NCBI GenBank assembly: GCA_036556425.1
Contig: DATBJJ010000006.1
Location: forward strand, 4,266-68,265
Direction: 5' to 3'
Source of the DNA: Vicinamibacterales bacterium
Lineage (GTDB): Bacteria; Acidobacteriota; Vicinamibacteria; Vicinamibacterales; 2-12-FULL-66-21
Length of the DNA: 64,000 nucleotides
Part shown: piece by piece, positions 15,819 to 25,090 of the stretch
Layout: the number at the start of each line of letters is the position of its first letter
Position numbering within the stretch: the first letter of the stretch is position 1
The notes under the pieces: generated by a model
What the model was told of the DNA's origin: nothing
The model's database searches: none
The model's input: the letters and a program-made list of their open reading frames with translations, nothing else
Program-made: the position numbers and the translations under genes

Positions 15819-17833
15819 TGTGCGGCATCGCCGGCGTCATCGCGCTGCGTGACGATCTGCCGCCTGCCGACATCAACGAGGCTGCGCGGATGGCCGGCGC
15901 CCTCCGTCATCGCGGACCGGATGAATTCGGCCTGTACCGGGATCGATTGGCGGCGCTCGCGCACGCGCGGCTCTCGATCATCGATCTGAGCGCGGGGCAA
16001 CAGCCGCTCAGCAACGAAGACGGCACGTGGTGGATCGTCTTCAACGGCGAGATCTTCAACTACATCGAGCTGCGCCAGGAGCTCGAAGCGCACGGACACG
16101 TCTTCCGCACGAAGAGCGACACGGAAGTCATCGTTCACGCGTACGAGCAGTGGCAGGACGACGCGTTCAGGCGGTTCAACGGCCAGTGGGCGCTGGCGCT
16201 GTGGAACGCGTCGACGTCGACGCTGGTCCTCGCGCGCGATCCGTTCGGCGTGCGGCCGCTGTATGTGGCCGAGCATGGCGGCCGCCTGTTCTTCGCGAGC
16301 GAAGTCAAGGCGATGTTCGCGGCGGACCCGACGCTGCCGCGGCGGTTCGATCCCGCTGGCCTCGATCAGCTCTTCACCTTCTGGACGCCCGTGGCGCCTC
16401 AAACGATCTTCGACGGCATCGAGGAAATCGAGCCGGGAACGACGCGCACCTACACGCGCGGCGCGCTCGTGCGTCAGAGCCGATGCTGGTCCCGCGCGTA
16501 TCCGGCGTCAGACGGGGCGGCGTACGCGGGCACGCTCGATGACGCCGTTCAGGAAGTGCGCGCGGGACTGGAGCGCGCCACGAGCCTTCGCATGCTGCGC
16601 GCCGACGTGCCTGTCGGCAGTTATCTCTCCGGCGGGCTCGACAGCTCGCTCGTCGCGGCCCTCGGGCTCCGCGCGAAGGGCGCCAAGTTCTCCACGTTCT
16701 CGCTGCGGTTCGAAGACGCCGAGTACGACGAGACGCAGTATCAGCGTGAGATGTCGGCGTATCTGCAGAGCGATCACCACGAGGTGCTCGTCTCGAGACG
16801 CGATATCGCGCGCGTATTCCCCGACGTGATCTTTCATACGGAGCGGCCCGTGCTCCGGACCGCGCCCGCGCCGCTGTTTCTTCTGTCGCGGCTCGTTCGC
16901 GACGCCGGCATCAAAGTCGTCCTCACCGGCGAAGGCGCCGACGAGATGTTCGCGGGCTACGACTTGTTCCGTGAAGCGAAGGTCCGGCGTTTCTGGGCGC
17001 GTCAGCCGGCGTCGCTGCGGCGGCCGAAGCTTCTCGAGCGGCTGTATCCCTACCTGCAACGATCGCCGGTCGCGCAGCAGGCGATCATGCGTCAGTTCTT
17101 CGGGCAAGGACTGGACCGTGCCTCGGCGCCGGGCTTCGGGCACGAACCTCGCTGGCGTGGCGCGTCGGCACTGAAGCGCCTGCTCGCCGGTGACATGCGT
17201 CCGCGCGCCGGCACGCCGGACTCACGCGATGCGCTGATCGCGGCGCTCCCGTCCGAGTTCAGCAATTGGAGTCCGCTCGCGCAGGATCAGTACCTCGAGA
17301 CGCATACGCTTTTGTCCGGCTACCTGCTGTCGTCGCAGGGCGACCGCATGCTGATGGCCAACTCCGTCGAGGGACGCTTCCCCTTCCTCGATCGGCATGT
17401 CGTCGCGCTCGCCGAATCGCTGCCGGCGTCGTACAAGCTGCGCGTCCTCGACGAGAAGCACGTGTTGAAGAAGGCGGCGGCCGGGCTCGTGCCGCCCTCG
17501 ATTCTCGGGCGAAAGAAGCAACCGTATCGCGCGCCCGATGCTCTGTCTTTCGCGGAGCCCGAGGCGTCGGACTGGATCGAGGAAGTCGCAAGCGCGCGCG
17601 CGCTGTCCGAGGCAGGTGTATTCGATCCGGCGGGCAGCCGGCGCCTGCTCGACAAGTGCCAATCGCGCGCCGCAGCGGGTCAGTTCTCGAACGCCGACAA
17701 CATGGCGGTCGTCGGCATCCTGTCCGCGCAGCTCGTCCACCACCATTTCATTCGGACTCGTCCCGAGGGCTGCCCGCCGGCCCACGTGCGGACGATCGTG
17801 GACCGGCTCGGTACGCCCCTCGAGGCTGTCTGA
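15818..17833 (+). CDS. asparagine synthase (glutamine-hydrolysing) family amidotransferase, copy 1
   Basis: 671 aa with the N-terminal nucleophile MCGIAG and a synthetase-domain PP-motif (SGGLDSS). Confidence 0.9.
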   Translation: MCGIAGVIALRDDLPPADINEAARMAGALRHRGPDEFGLYRDRLAALAHARLSIIDLSAGQQPLSNEDGTWWIVFNGEIFNYIELRQELEAHGHVFRTKSDTEVIVHAYEQWQDDAFRRFNGQWALALWNASTSTLVLARDPFGVRPLYVAEHGGRLFFASEVKAMFAADPTLPRRFDPAGLDQLFTFWTPVAPQTIFDGIEEIEPGTTRTYTRGALVRQSRCWSRAYPASDGAAYAGTLDDAVQEVRAGLERATSLRMLRADVPVGSYLSGGLDSSLVAALGLRAKGAKFSTFSLRFEDAEYDETQYQREMSAYLQSDHHEVLVSRRDIARVFPDVIFHTERPVLRTAPAPLFLLSRLVRDAGIKVVLTGEGADEMFAGYDLFREAKVRRFWARQPASLRRPKLLERLYPYLQRSPVAQQAIMRQFFGQGLDRASAPGFGHEPRWRGASALKRLLAGDMRPRAGTPDSRDALIAALPSEFSNWSPLAQDQYLETHTLLSGYLLSSQGDRMLMANSVEGRFPFLDRHVVALAESLPASYKLRVLDEKHVLKKAAAGLVPPSILGRKKQPYRAPDALSFAEPEASDWIEEVASARALSEAGVFDPAGSRRLLDKCQSRAAAGQFSNADNMAVVGILSAQLVHHHFIRTRPEGCPPAHVRTIVDRLGTPLEAV

Positions 17834-19386
17834 TGGTGCACCGGCTGCTCGAAGACGCCGCCGCGCTGTCGCCAGGGGCGGTCGCCCTCATCGAGCCGCG
17901 CCGAACGATCACGTACGCGGAGCTCAATCGGCTCGCGAATCGGTACGCGCATCTGCTGATCGCGACCGGTGTGCGCCGCGGCGATCGCGTCGTGATGGCG
18001 CTCGAGAACAGCACGGACCTCGTCGCACTGTATTTCGGTACGCTGAAAGCGGGCGCGATTGCGGTGCCGCTGCCGGCGGGACCTCGCAGCGATCGACTCG
18101 TGCGGGCGGTCGTCGACAGCAGCCCGGCGGTCGCCGTTGTCGATCCGGCGACGGCGCACGAGATCTCGTCAACGCATCCGCTCGCGTCGGTGCCGTCGTT
18201 GTTCGTCTCGTCCAACGTCGTGCTGACGCCCGGCCGGGGCGTGTCGTACGCGCGATTGCAGGACGCCGTCCAATCGGTCTCGGACGGTCCGGTAGACGTG
18301 CGGTCGATCGATGTCGATCTTGCCGCGATCATCTATACGTCGGGCAGCACGGGCGAGCCTCGCGGCGTGATGCTCAGCCATCGGAATTTCGTCGCGAACA
18401 CGCAGTCGATCGTGCAGTACCTCCGGCTGACGTCGCACGATCGCGTCATGTGCGTGCTGCCGTTCTATTACGTGTACGGGCTGTCGCTGCTCCACACGCA
18501 CATCGCCGTCGGCGGATCGATCGTGATCGACAACCGGTTCGCGTTTCCGAACGTGGTTCTCAACGCGATGCAGCAGCATCGCGTGACGGGATTCGCCGGC
18601 GTGCCGTCGACGTTCGCGCTCCTTCTTCACAGATCCGGACTGCAGGACGTGACGCTGCCGCATCTCCGCTACGTCACGCAGGCCGGCGGCGGTATGGCTC
18701 CCGCGCGCGTCCTCGAGTGGCTCGAGCGGGGACCGCGCGTGCCGTTCTACGTCATGTACGGCGCGACCGAGGCGTCAGCGCGGCTCACGTATCTCGATCC
18801 TGCGAGGCTGCGCGACAAGCTCGGCTCGATCGGCCGTCCGATCCCGAACGTCGACATCGTCGTCGTCACCGAACAGGACACGATTGCCGACACCGGCGAG
18901 ATTGGAGAGCTCGTCGCGCGCGGCACGAACATCTCGCGCGGCTACTGGAACGATGAAGAAGAGACGCGCCAGAAGTTTGGACCGCGCGGCTACTACACGG
19001 GCGATCTCGGCTACGCCGACGAAGAAGGGTTCCTCTTTCTCGTCGGCCGCAAGCACGACATGCTGAAGGTCGGCGCGCATCGCGTCGGCGCCAAGGAAAT
19101 CGAGGACGTGCTTCAGGGATTTCCGGGGCTCCACGAAGTCGCGGTCGTGCCGGCACCGCACGCCATTCTCGGCGAGGTCCCCGTTGCGTTCGTCTCGATG
19201 CGCGACGGAGAGGCGGCGGACGCGGAAGGGCTCGGCGCGTTCTGCCGCGCGCGTCTGCCGCCGCACAAAGTGCCCACGGGGTTCTTCCTCCGCACCGAGC
19301 TGCCGAAGCTGGGAACGGTCGGAAAGATCGACAAGGTCCGACTTCGGGAGGAGGCGCGCGCATCCGTTGCCGACGCAACGGCGTGA
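17833..19386 (+). CDS. AMP-dependent acyl-CoA/acyl-carrier ligase (ANL family), copy 1
   Basis: ORF 17266..19386 trimmed to MVHRLLEDAA... (ATG 17833, a TGATG overlap with asnB). ANL motifs: YTSGSTGEPRG, GYWNDEE, TGDLGY and the C-terminal K (GKIDK). Confidence 0.9.
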   Translation: MVHRLLEDAAALSPGAVALIEPRRTITYAELNRLANRYAHLLIATGVRRGDRVVMALENSTDLVALYFGTLKAGAIAVPLPAGPRSDRLVRAVVDSSPAVAVVDPATAHEISSTHPLASVPSLFVSSNVVLTPGRGVSYARLQDAVQSVSDGPVDVRSIDVDLAAIIYTSGSTGEPRGVMLSHRNFVANTQSIVQYLRLTSHDRVMCVLPFYYVYGLSLLHTHIAVGGSIVIDNRFAFPNVVLNAMQQHRVTGFAGVPSTFALLLHRSGLQDVTLPHLRYVTQAGGGMAPARVLEWLERGPRVPFYVMYGATEASARLTYLDPARLRDKLGSIGRPIPNVDIVVVTEQDTIADTGEIGELVARGTNISRGYWNDEEETRQKFGPRGYYTGDLGYADEEGFLFLVGRKHDMLKVGAHRVGAKEIEDVLQGFPGLHEVAVVPAPHAILGEVPVAFVSMRDGEAADAEGLGAFCRARLPPHKVPTGFFLRTELPKLGTVGKIDKVRLREEARASVADATA

Positions 19387-19402
19387 ACCAGCGCAATCGC
19401 GC

Positions 19403-20041
19403 ATGACGACCGTCGATCGCTTCCTTCACTCCGTTCTGACGCATCCCCTTGCGATGTCGCTCAAGCGACCGCTCAAGGATCTCTGGTGGTGGGCATCAGG
19501 ATGGCGCTTCGCGAATCCATCGATTCCGGCGAGGATCGATTCGATTCTGTTCGTCTGCCACGGCAACATCTGTCGAAGTCCGTTTGCCGCCGATCTCGCG
19601 GCGAAGCTTCTGCGAGGCGAGGGACATCGCCACGTCCGCTGCGCCTCGGCGGGCATCCGAACGAATCCCGCGTCGCGTCCCCCGTCGGAAGCCATCGAAG
19701 CTGCCGCGGTCTTCGGCGCGTCGTTCGACAATCATCAACCGCTTCAAGTGAGCGACGACGTGATCGCGGCGTTCGATCTCGTCGTGGTGATGGAAGCCGC
19801 GCACGCGGCGGAGCTCCGGCGGCGATACCCACAGGCGGCAAAGCGAATCGTGCTGCTCTCGCTGCTGGACGACTCCGCAAGCGGCAGCTACGCACGCTAC
19901 AACATCGCGGATCCGTTCGGGCAGCCGTTCGCCACGTTCGTCGACTGCTACCGGCGCATCAAGCGGGCACTGACGAATCTCGTCACGCGGCTCGAGGTCG
20001 AGGAATATCAGGCGGCCGCATCAGGAGGCCGCCGCTCGTGA
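19403..20041 (+). CDS. low-molecular-weight protein-tyrosine phosphatase
   Basis: ORF 19184..20041 trimmed to ATG 19403. P-loop CHGNICRSP, and a downstream DP motif (ADPFG). Confidence 0.85.
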   Translation: MTTVDRFLHSVLTHPLAMSLKRPLKDLWWWASGWRFANPSIPARIDSILFVCHGNICRSPFAADLAAKLLRGEGHRHVRCASAGIRTNPASRPPSEAIEAAAVFGASFDNHQPLQVSDDVIAAFDLVVVMEAAHAAELRRRYPQAAKRIVLLSLLDDSASGSYARYNIADPFGQPFATFVDCYRRIKRALTNLVTRLEVEEYQAAASGGRRS

Positions 20042-21531
20042 TGCCGCTGACCCTGGGCCTCGGAGGCGTACGACGGCACGCGTGCGCCGCGGTGGCGGAT
20101 CGCCACGACGTCCTCAGCGTGTGCGAGCAGGAGCGCATCACGCGCGTCCGGGGCGCGGGCTACAACGGGACGGGGCTGCCGGACGAAGCGGTGGATGCCG
20201 CGCTGGCATCCGTCGGCGCGGCCCGGTCCGACGTCACGATGTGCGCCGTCGCGGAAGAAGTCGCAGCGGAGCTTCCGTGGCCGACCGAGCGGTTCAATCA
20301 TCATCACGCGCACGCGTGCGCGGCCTATTTGACGTCGCCGTTCCAGTCGGCCGCGATTCTCGTGTGCGATCACGAGCCTCCCGGAGTGAGCGTGTGGGTT
20401 GGAAACGGCCCGGACGTACAACGCATCGATTGGCCCTGGACCGGGCCCAGCATTTCGGCTTTGTACACCGAGTGCGCGCGCCTTTTCGGCTTTACGGCGA
20501 CGGGCGGCGATCAGATGTTCGAGGCGCTCGCTCGACTGATGATGTCGGATCCCGACGACCGCCTGCCTGTGATCTTCAGCACGGATGGCGCGGCGATCGA
20601 AGAGCAGCCGGACTGGCGATCGATCGTGAAAGAGCTGTTGGCATCGCCGCGCGTGACCGCGAAGGCTCGCGTCGCCGCCGCGGTTCAGCGACAGATCGAG
20701 CGGCTTGCCGTGGAGGTCCTCGCCAGAATTCAGACGGCAACGGAACGATCGGTCGTCTGCCTCGGGGGAAGTCTCTTCTATCACTCGTCGATCAACACAG
20801 CAGTCCGTCAGTCGGGGCTGTTCGAGCGCGTCTTCGTTCCGGCGAATCCCGGCAACGCCGGACTCTCGGTCGGCGCCGCGATGCGCGCATCGCAGCTTGC
20901 GCCGCGCCGCGTGTCGGCGTTCCTCGGCCCCTCGTACGATCCGGACGCGATCAAGGCCACGCTCGACAACTGCAAGCTGCGCTACGACTGGGTGGAAGAA
21001 GGAGCCGCGATTCGAACAGCGGTGAAGCACCTGACGCAAGGGCGGCTCGTCGGATGGTTCGAAGGGCGAATGGAGTGGGGGCCACGCGCGCTGGGCGCGC
21101 GCTCGATTCTCGCGAGCCCGTTTCATCCGCACGTGCTCGAGAACTTGAATCGCTTCTTGAAGCGCCGCGAGGAGTGGCGCGGATACGCGGTCAGCGTCCT
21201 CGACGAGGCGCTATCGACGCACTTCTCCGGGCCGGCGGAGGCGCCGTTCATGGAATGCGATTACCGGCCGAAGGATGCCGGCGCGTTTCGATGGGCGCTG
21301 CCGTCGCCCTGTGCGGCGATCCGCGTGCAGACCGTCGGAGCGGACTCGCCCCCGAGATATCGCGAGCTCGTGAGGGCCTTCGGCGAGGTGACCGGCGTTC
21401 CCTGCGTCATGAATACCTCGTTCAATGGATTCCACGAGCCGATCGTCTGCACGCCCCGCGATGCGGTCCGCGTCTTCTACGGATCCGGACTCGACGTGCT
21501 GCTGCTCGACCGATTCGAGCTCACGAAGTGA
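20041..21531 (+). CDS. carbamoyltransferase (NodU/CmcH family), short divergent paralog
   Basis: ORF 19486..21531 trimmed to MPLTLGLGG... (ATG 20041, a TGATG overlap). It retains HHHAH, GRMEWGPRALGARSIL and NTSFNGFHEPIV. 496 aa. Confidence 0.8.
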   Translation: MPLTLGLGGVRRHACAAVADRHDVLSVCEQERITRVRGAGYNGTGLPDEAVDAALASVGAARSDVTMCAVAEEVAAELPWPTERFNHHHAHACAAYLTSPFQSAAILVCDHEPPGVSVWVGNGPDVQRIDWPWTGPSISALYTECARLFGFTATGGDQMFEALARLMMSDPDDRLPVIFSTDGAAIEEQPDWRSIVKELLASPRVTAKARVAAAVQRQIERLAVEVLARIQTATERSVVCLGGSLFYHSSINTAVRQSGLFERVFVPANPGNAGLSVGAAMRASQLAPRRVSAFLGPSYDPDAIKATLDNCKLRYDWVEEGAAIRTAVKHLTQGRLVGWFEGRMEWGPRALGARSILASPFHPHVLENLNRFLKRREEWRGYAVSVLDEALSTHFSGPAEAPFMECDYRPKDAGAFRWALPSPCAAIRVQTVGADSPPRYRELVRAFGEVTGVPCVMNTSFNGFHEPIVCTPRDAVRVFYGSGLDVLLLDRFELTK

Positions 21532-21545
21532 GGGTGTAACGCCGC

Positions 21546-23372
21546 ATGCGCGACGAGTACATTCTGGGCATCTCGGCGTTCTACCACGACAGCGCGGCGT
21601 GTCTCGTGCGCAACGGCGAGATCGTCGCGGCCGCTCAAGAGGAACGCTTCACGCGCAAGAAGGGGGATTCGGGCTTCCCCGCGCGCGCGGTGGACTACTG
21701 CTTGAGCGTCGCAGGCGTGCGCATGCCGGACATCGACTACGTTGGTTTCTACGACAAGCCGCTCGTGAAGTTCGAGCGCATTCTCGAGACGTATCTCGGC
21801 GTCGCGCCGCGCGGATTCCCCTCCTTCATGCTCGCCGGTCCTCTCTGGATCAAGGACAAGCTGTACATGGACCGGCAGCTCCGGCAGGAGCTCGGCTTCC
21901 ACGGCGAGGTCTTGTACGCGGAGCATCACGAATCGCACGCCGCCAGCGCGTTCTACCCGTCGCCGTTCGACGAAGCGGCGATTCTGACGATTGACGGCGT
22001 CGGCGAATGGGCGACCGCGTCGATCGGCGTCGGCCGCGGCAACGAGCTCCGGATCCTCGACGAGCTGCATTGGCCGGATTCTCTTGGCCTGCTCTACTCC
22101 GCGTTCACGTACTACACCGGGTTCAAGGTCAACTCGGGCGAGTACAAAGTGATGGGGCTCGCGCCGTACGGCGAACCCAAGTACGTCGACGTCATCTACA
22201 ACGAGCTGATGGATCTTCGCGACGACGGATCGTTCAGGCTCAATCAGAAGTACTTCAACTACCTCACCGGCCTGACGATGACGAACGGCGCGTTCGAGAA
22301 GCTGTTCGGCGGGCCGCCGCGCACACCCGAGACGAAGCTGACGCAGAAAGAAATGGATCTTGCGCGCTCCGTGCAGGTCGTCTGCGAAGAAGTGATGCTG
22401 CGCATGGCGCGCACGGCGCATCGGCGGACCGGACTCGAGAACCTGTGCCTCGCCGGAGGCGTCGCGCTGAATTGCGTCGGCAACGGACGTCTCCTTCGCG
22501 AGGGACCGTTCAAGCGGCTCTGGATTCAGCCGGCGGCCGGAGATGCGGGCGGCGCGCTCGGCGTCGCGCAGCTGATCAACCATCGCTATCGCGGACGTCC
22601 GCGGAACGTCACGCCGAACCAGGATTCGATGAAGGGTTCCTATTTGGGACCGGCGTTCAGCGAAGCGGAGATCGCGCGATTCCTCAAGACCGTCGGTGCG
22701 CCGGCGTCGAGGATCGACGGCGATGCGCTTCCCGGGCGCGTCGCGGATCTATTGGCGAACGAGAAGGTCGTGGGATGGTTCGACGGCCGCATGGAGTTCG
22801 GTCCGCGGGCGCTCGGCGCGCGCAGCATCCTCGGGGATCCCCGCAGCCCGCGCATGCAGGCGCAGATGAACATCAAGATCAAGTTCCGCGAAGGCTTCAG
22901 GCCGTTCGCGCCGTCGGTGCTGCGCGAGCGCGTCTCCGACTACTTCGATCTCGATACCGATTCGCCATACATGCTGCTCGTCGCGCCCGTTTGCGAAGAG
23001 CGGCGCATTCCGCTCTCCGAGGCGCAGCACACGCTCTGGGGCATCGACAAGCTGAACGTGCCGCGCTCCGACATCCCGGCCGTCACGCACATCGACTACT
23101 CCGCGCGCGTGCAGACGGTCACGCACGAGACTAATCCTGGCTACTACGATCTGATCAAGGCCTTCGACGCGAAGACCGGATGCCCGGTCGTCGTCAACAC
23201 GTCGTTCAACGTCCGCGGCGAGCCAATCGTCTGCACGCCCGAGGACGCGTATCGCTGCTTCATGCGCACCAACATCGATTACCTGGTGCTGGGTCCCTAT
23301 CTGCTCGACAAGTCCGCCCAGCCGGCATACAAGGACACGCAGGAATGGCAGAAAGAATTCCAGCTCGATTGA
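21546..23372 (+). CDS. carbamoyltransferase (NodU/CmcH/TobZ family)
   Basis: 608 aa with ILGISAFYHDSAA, EHHESHAASAF, GRMEFGPRALGARSILGDPR and NTSFNVRGEPIVCTPEDA. Confidence 0.92.
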   Translation: MRDEYILGISAFYHDSAACLVRNGEIVAAAQEERFTRKKGDSGFPARAVDYCLSVAGVRMPDIDYVGFYDKPLVKFERILETYLGVAPRGFPSFMLAGPLWIKDKLYMDRQLRQELGFHGEVLYAEHHESHAASAFYPSPFDEAAILTIDGVGEWATASIGVGRGNELRILDELHWPDSLGLLYSAFTYYTGFKVNSGEYKVMGLAPYGEPKYVDVIYNELMDLRDDGSFRLNQKYFNYLTGLTMTNGAFEKLFGGPPRTPETKLTQKEMDLARSVQVVCEEVMLRMARTAHRRTGLENLCLAGGVALNCVGNGRLLREGPFKRLWIQPAAGDAGGALGVAQLINHRYRGRPRNVTPNQDSMKGSYLGPAFSEAEIARFLKTVGAPASRIDGDALPGRVADLLANEKVVGWFDGRMEFGPRALGARSILGDPRSPRMQAQMNIKIKFREGFRPFAPSVLRERVSDYFDLDTDSPYMLLVAPVCEERRIPLSEAQHTLWGIDKLNVPRSDIPAVTHIDYSARVQTVTHETNPGYYDLIKAFDAKTGCPVVVNTSFNVRGEPIVCTPEDAYRCFMRTNIDYLVLGPYLLDKSAQPAYKDTQEWQKEFQLD

Positions 23373-23752
23373 GCGCGGCCGAAGGCCGACGCTTCGGGCT
23401 CACCGTCGGCGCGGCGTTCCTCGTGCTCGCCGCGATTGCCTGGTGGCGCGGCCACGTGGTGGCGCCCACAGTGCTCTCGACCGTGGGCGGCCTCCTCGTC
23501 GCGGCGGGCATCGTCGTGCCAACGCTGCTCGGACCGGTCCAGCGCGGATGGATGGCGCTGGCGCACGCAATCTCGAAAGTGACGACGCCCATCGTGATGG
23601 GCGCGATTTATCTCATCGTCCTGACCCCGGTCGGCGTTCTTCGGCGTCTCGTCTCGGGCAACCCTCTCGTTCACGGCGTGAAGTCGACGACGTACTGGCA
23701 CCATCGGCCCGAACGGCCGCGCCCGCCGTCGTCGATGCAGCGGCAATTCTAG
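23345..23752 (+). CDS. SxtJ-family small membrane protein
   Basis: ORF 23180..23752 trimmed to MAERIPARLSAAEGRRFGLTVGAAF.... It has three hydrophobic helices and sits directly after a carbamoyltransferase, as SxtJ-type genes do. Confidence 0.65.
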   Translation: MAERIPARLSAAEGRRFGLTVGAAFLVLAAIAWWRGHVVAPTVLSTVGGLLVAAGIVVPTLLGPVQRGWMALAHAISKVTTPIVMGAIYLIVLTPVGVLRRLVSGNPLVHGVKSTTYWHHRPERPRPPSSMQRQF

Positions 23753-23765
23753 CGAGGAGCGTTCG

Positions 23766-23924
23766 ATGGCAAGTTCAAGCTGGATCGGCGAGCTCTGGGC
23801 GTTCATGCGCGAGCGGAAGAAGTGGTGGCTCCTCCCGGTCATCGTCGTGATGGTCGTGGTGGGGACGCTGCTCATCTTCGCGCAGGGATCCGTGCTGGCG
23901 CCGTTCATCTACACGATCTTCTGA
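23766..23924 (+). CDS. DUF5989-like 52-aa membrane peptide (not in the supplied ORF track)
   Basis: Hand translation gives MASSSWIGELWAFMRERKKWWLLPVIVVMVVVGTLLIFAQGSVLAPFIYTIF then TGA at 23922-23924. This peptide type commonly follows carbamoyltransferase/SxtJ pairs. Confidence 0.6.
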   Translation: MASSSWIGELWAFMRERKKWWLLPVIVVMVVVGTLLIFAQGSVLAPFIYTIF

Positions 23925-23934
23925 GCGAATCGCT

Positions 23935-25002
23935 TTGCGACTTTTCAAGGCGGTACTCTTCCGGCTCATCGCGGTTGGAATCGCGACGACGGTCTCGCTG
24001 ATCGCCGCCGAGCTGGTGCTGCGCCTCTCGGCGGCGAGCCAGTACGTCTATCAGGATCCGGTGCTCTTCTCGGATCCGGTGACGTACGTGCCGAATCAGG
24101 TGGGGTACCACCAACTCGCGCGCGAGTTCAACATTCAGATCAAGATCAATTCGCGGGGTTTCCGCGACACCGAGTACACGCCCGCGCCGGAGGCGCGGAC
24201 CATCGTCACGCTGGGAGATTCGTTCACCGAGGGGTTTGGCGTGGACGCGGAGGCCGTCTGGTCGAAGCGCCTGCAGGAGCGGGTCGTCCGCGACCGCCTC
24301 GCGTACGAGCACGTCTACAACGCCGGCCACAGTGGAACGAATCCGAAGAACTACCGAGCGGTCTACGAGCACTTCTTCAAGAACGATCCGCACGTGCAGT
24401 TGGTCGTCATCGGATTCTGCCTCGCGAACGACATCGTCGAGGAGTCCACGCCGGTCAATCTGCGGCCGCAGCGCGCGCCCAAGAAGGGCCTGAACTATGT
24501 ACTAAGCAAGTATTCGATCATCTACAACCTCGCCAGGAGCCGCCTCCGGTACGACCGGCGCCTCGAGCGCGTGATGGCGAAGTTCGGCCTGACCAATCCG
24601 CCGATCATCACGACGGATCTCTTGAACAACGAGGAGAATCGCCGGCGATGGCCGTACGCGGTCCAGTTCCTGACGGACTTCGCGCGCGAGATCAACGCCG
24701 ACGGCAAGAAGGTCCTGATCGTGTTCATCCCGTCGAAGGAGCTCGTGCTGGACGATTACTTCGACACGCTGCTCAAGGTGACGGAGACGCCGCCGGCGAG
24801 CATCGATCGATACGGGTTCCGCGACTACGCGCTGGACCGCTTCCAGCGGGCGCAAGTGCCGGTGCTCGACCTCACGCCCGCGTTGAGGGCGCAGCGCACG
24901 GCTGACCTCTATTTCGTCGGGGACGGGCACTGGAACCCCGCAGGACATCAGTTCGCGGCGGACACCATCTACGAGTACCTTTCACGGCACGGTCTGCTCT
25001 GA
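23935..25002 (+). CDS. SGNH/GDSL-type hydrolase or O-acyl esterase with N-terminal membrane anchor
   Basis: 355 aa with a block I GDSFTEG and a C-terminal DGHWN (DxxH) block. Confidence 0.75.
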   Translation: MRLFKAVLFRLIAVGIATTVSLIAAELVLRLSAASQYVYQDPVLFSDPVTYVPNQVGYHQLAREFNIQIKINSRGFRDTEYTPAPEARTIVTLGDSFTEGFGVDAEAVWSKRLQERVVRDRLAYEHVYNAGHSGTNPKNYRAVYEHFFKNDPHVQLVVIGFCLANDIVEESTPVNLRPQRAPKKGLNYVLSKYSIIYNLARSRLRYDRRLERVMAKFGLTNPPIITTDLLNNEENRRRWPYAVQFLTDFAREINADGKKVLIVFIPSKELVLDDYFDTLLKVTETPPASIDRYGFRDYALDRFQRAQVPVLDLTPALRAQRTADLYFVGDGHWNPAGHQFAADTIYEYLSRHGLL

Positions 25003-25040
25003 GGGCGCGCAATTCTGTTACGTGACCGCACGGCGCGCCC
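25003..25040 (+). terminator. GC-rich hairpin immediately after the operon stop codon
   Basis: gggcgcgc (25003-25010) pairs with gcgcgccc (25033-25040) across a 22-nt loop. There is no clear U-tract. Confidence 0.35.
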
Positions 25041-25090
25041 GTCGAGCTTGTTGATTCCACTGGAATTACCGCTCTTTTCTCGATCACCCG

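Noticed and set aside
15818-17833. AsnB-like gene as a lasso-peptide cyclase, and the ATP-grasp at 45982-47178 as a RiPP ligase
   Set aside because: No transglutaminase-like leader protease, RRE or plausible precursor peptide is adjacent. Both genes sit in polysaccharide-type operons.
19486-20040. N-terminal extension of track ORF 19486..21531
   Set aside because: It overlaps the LMW-PTP gene in another frame. The carbamoyltransferase-like sequence starts at ATG 20041.
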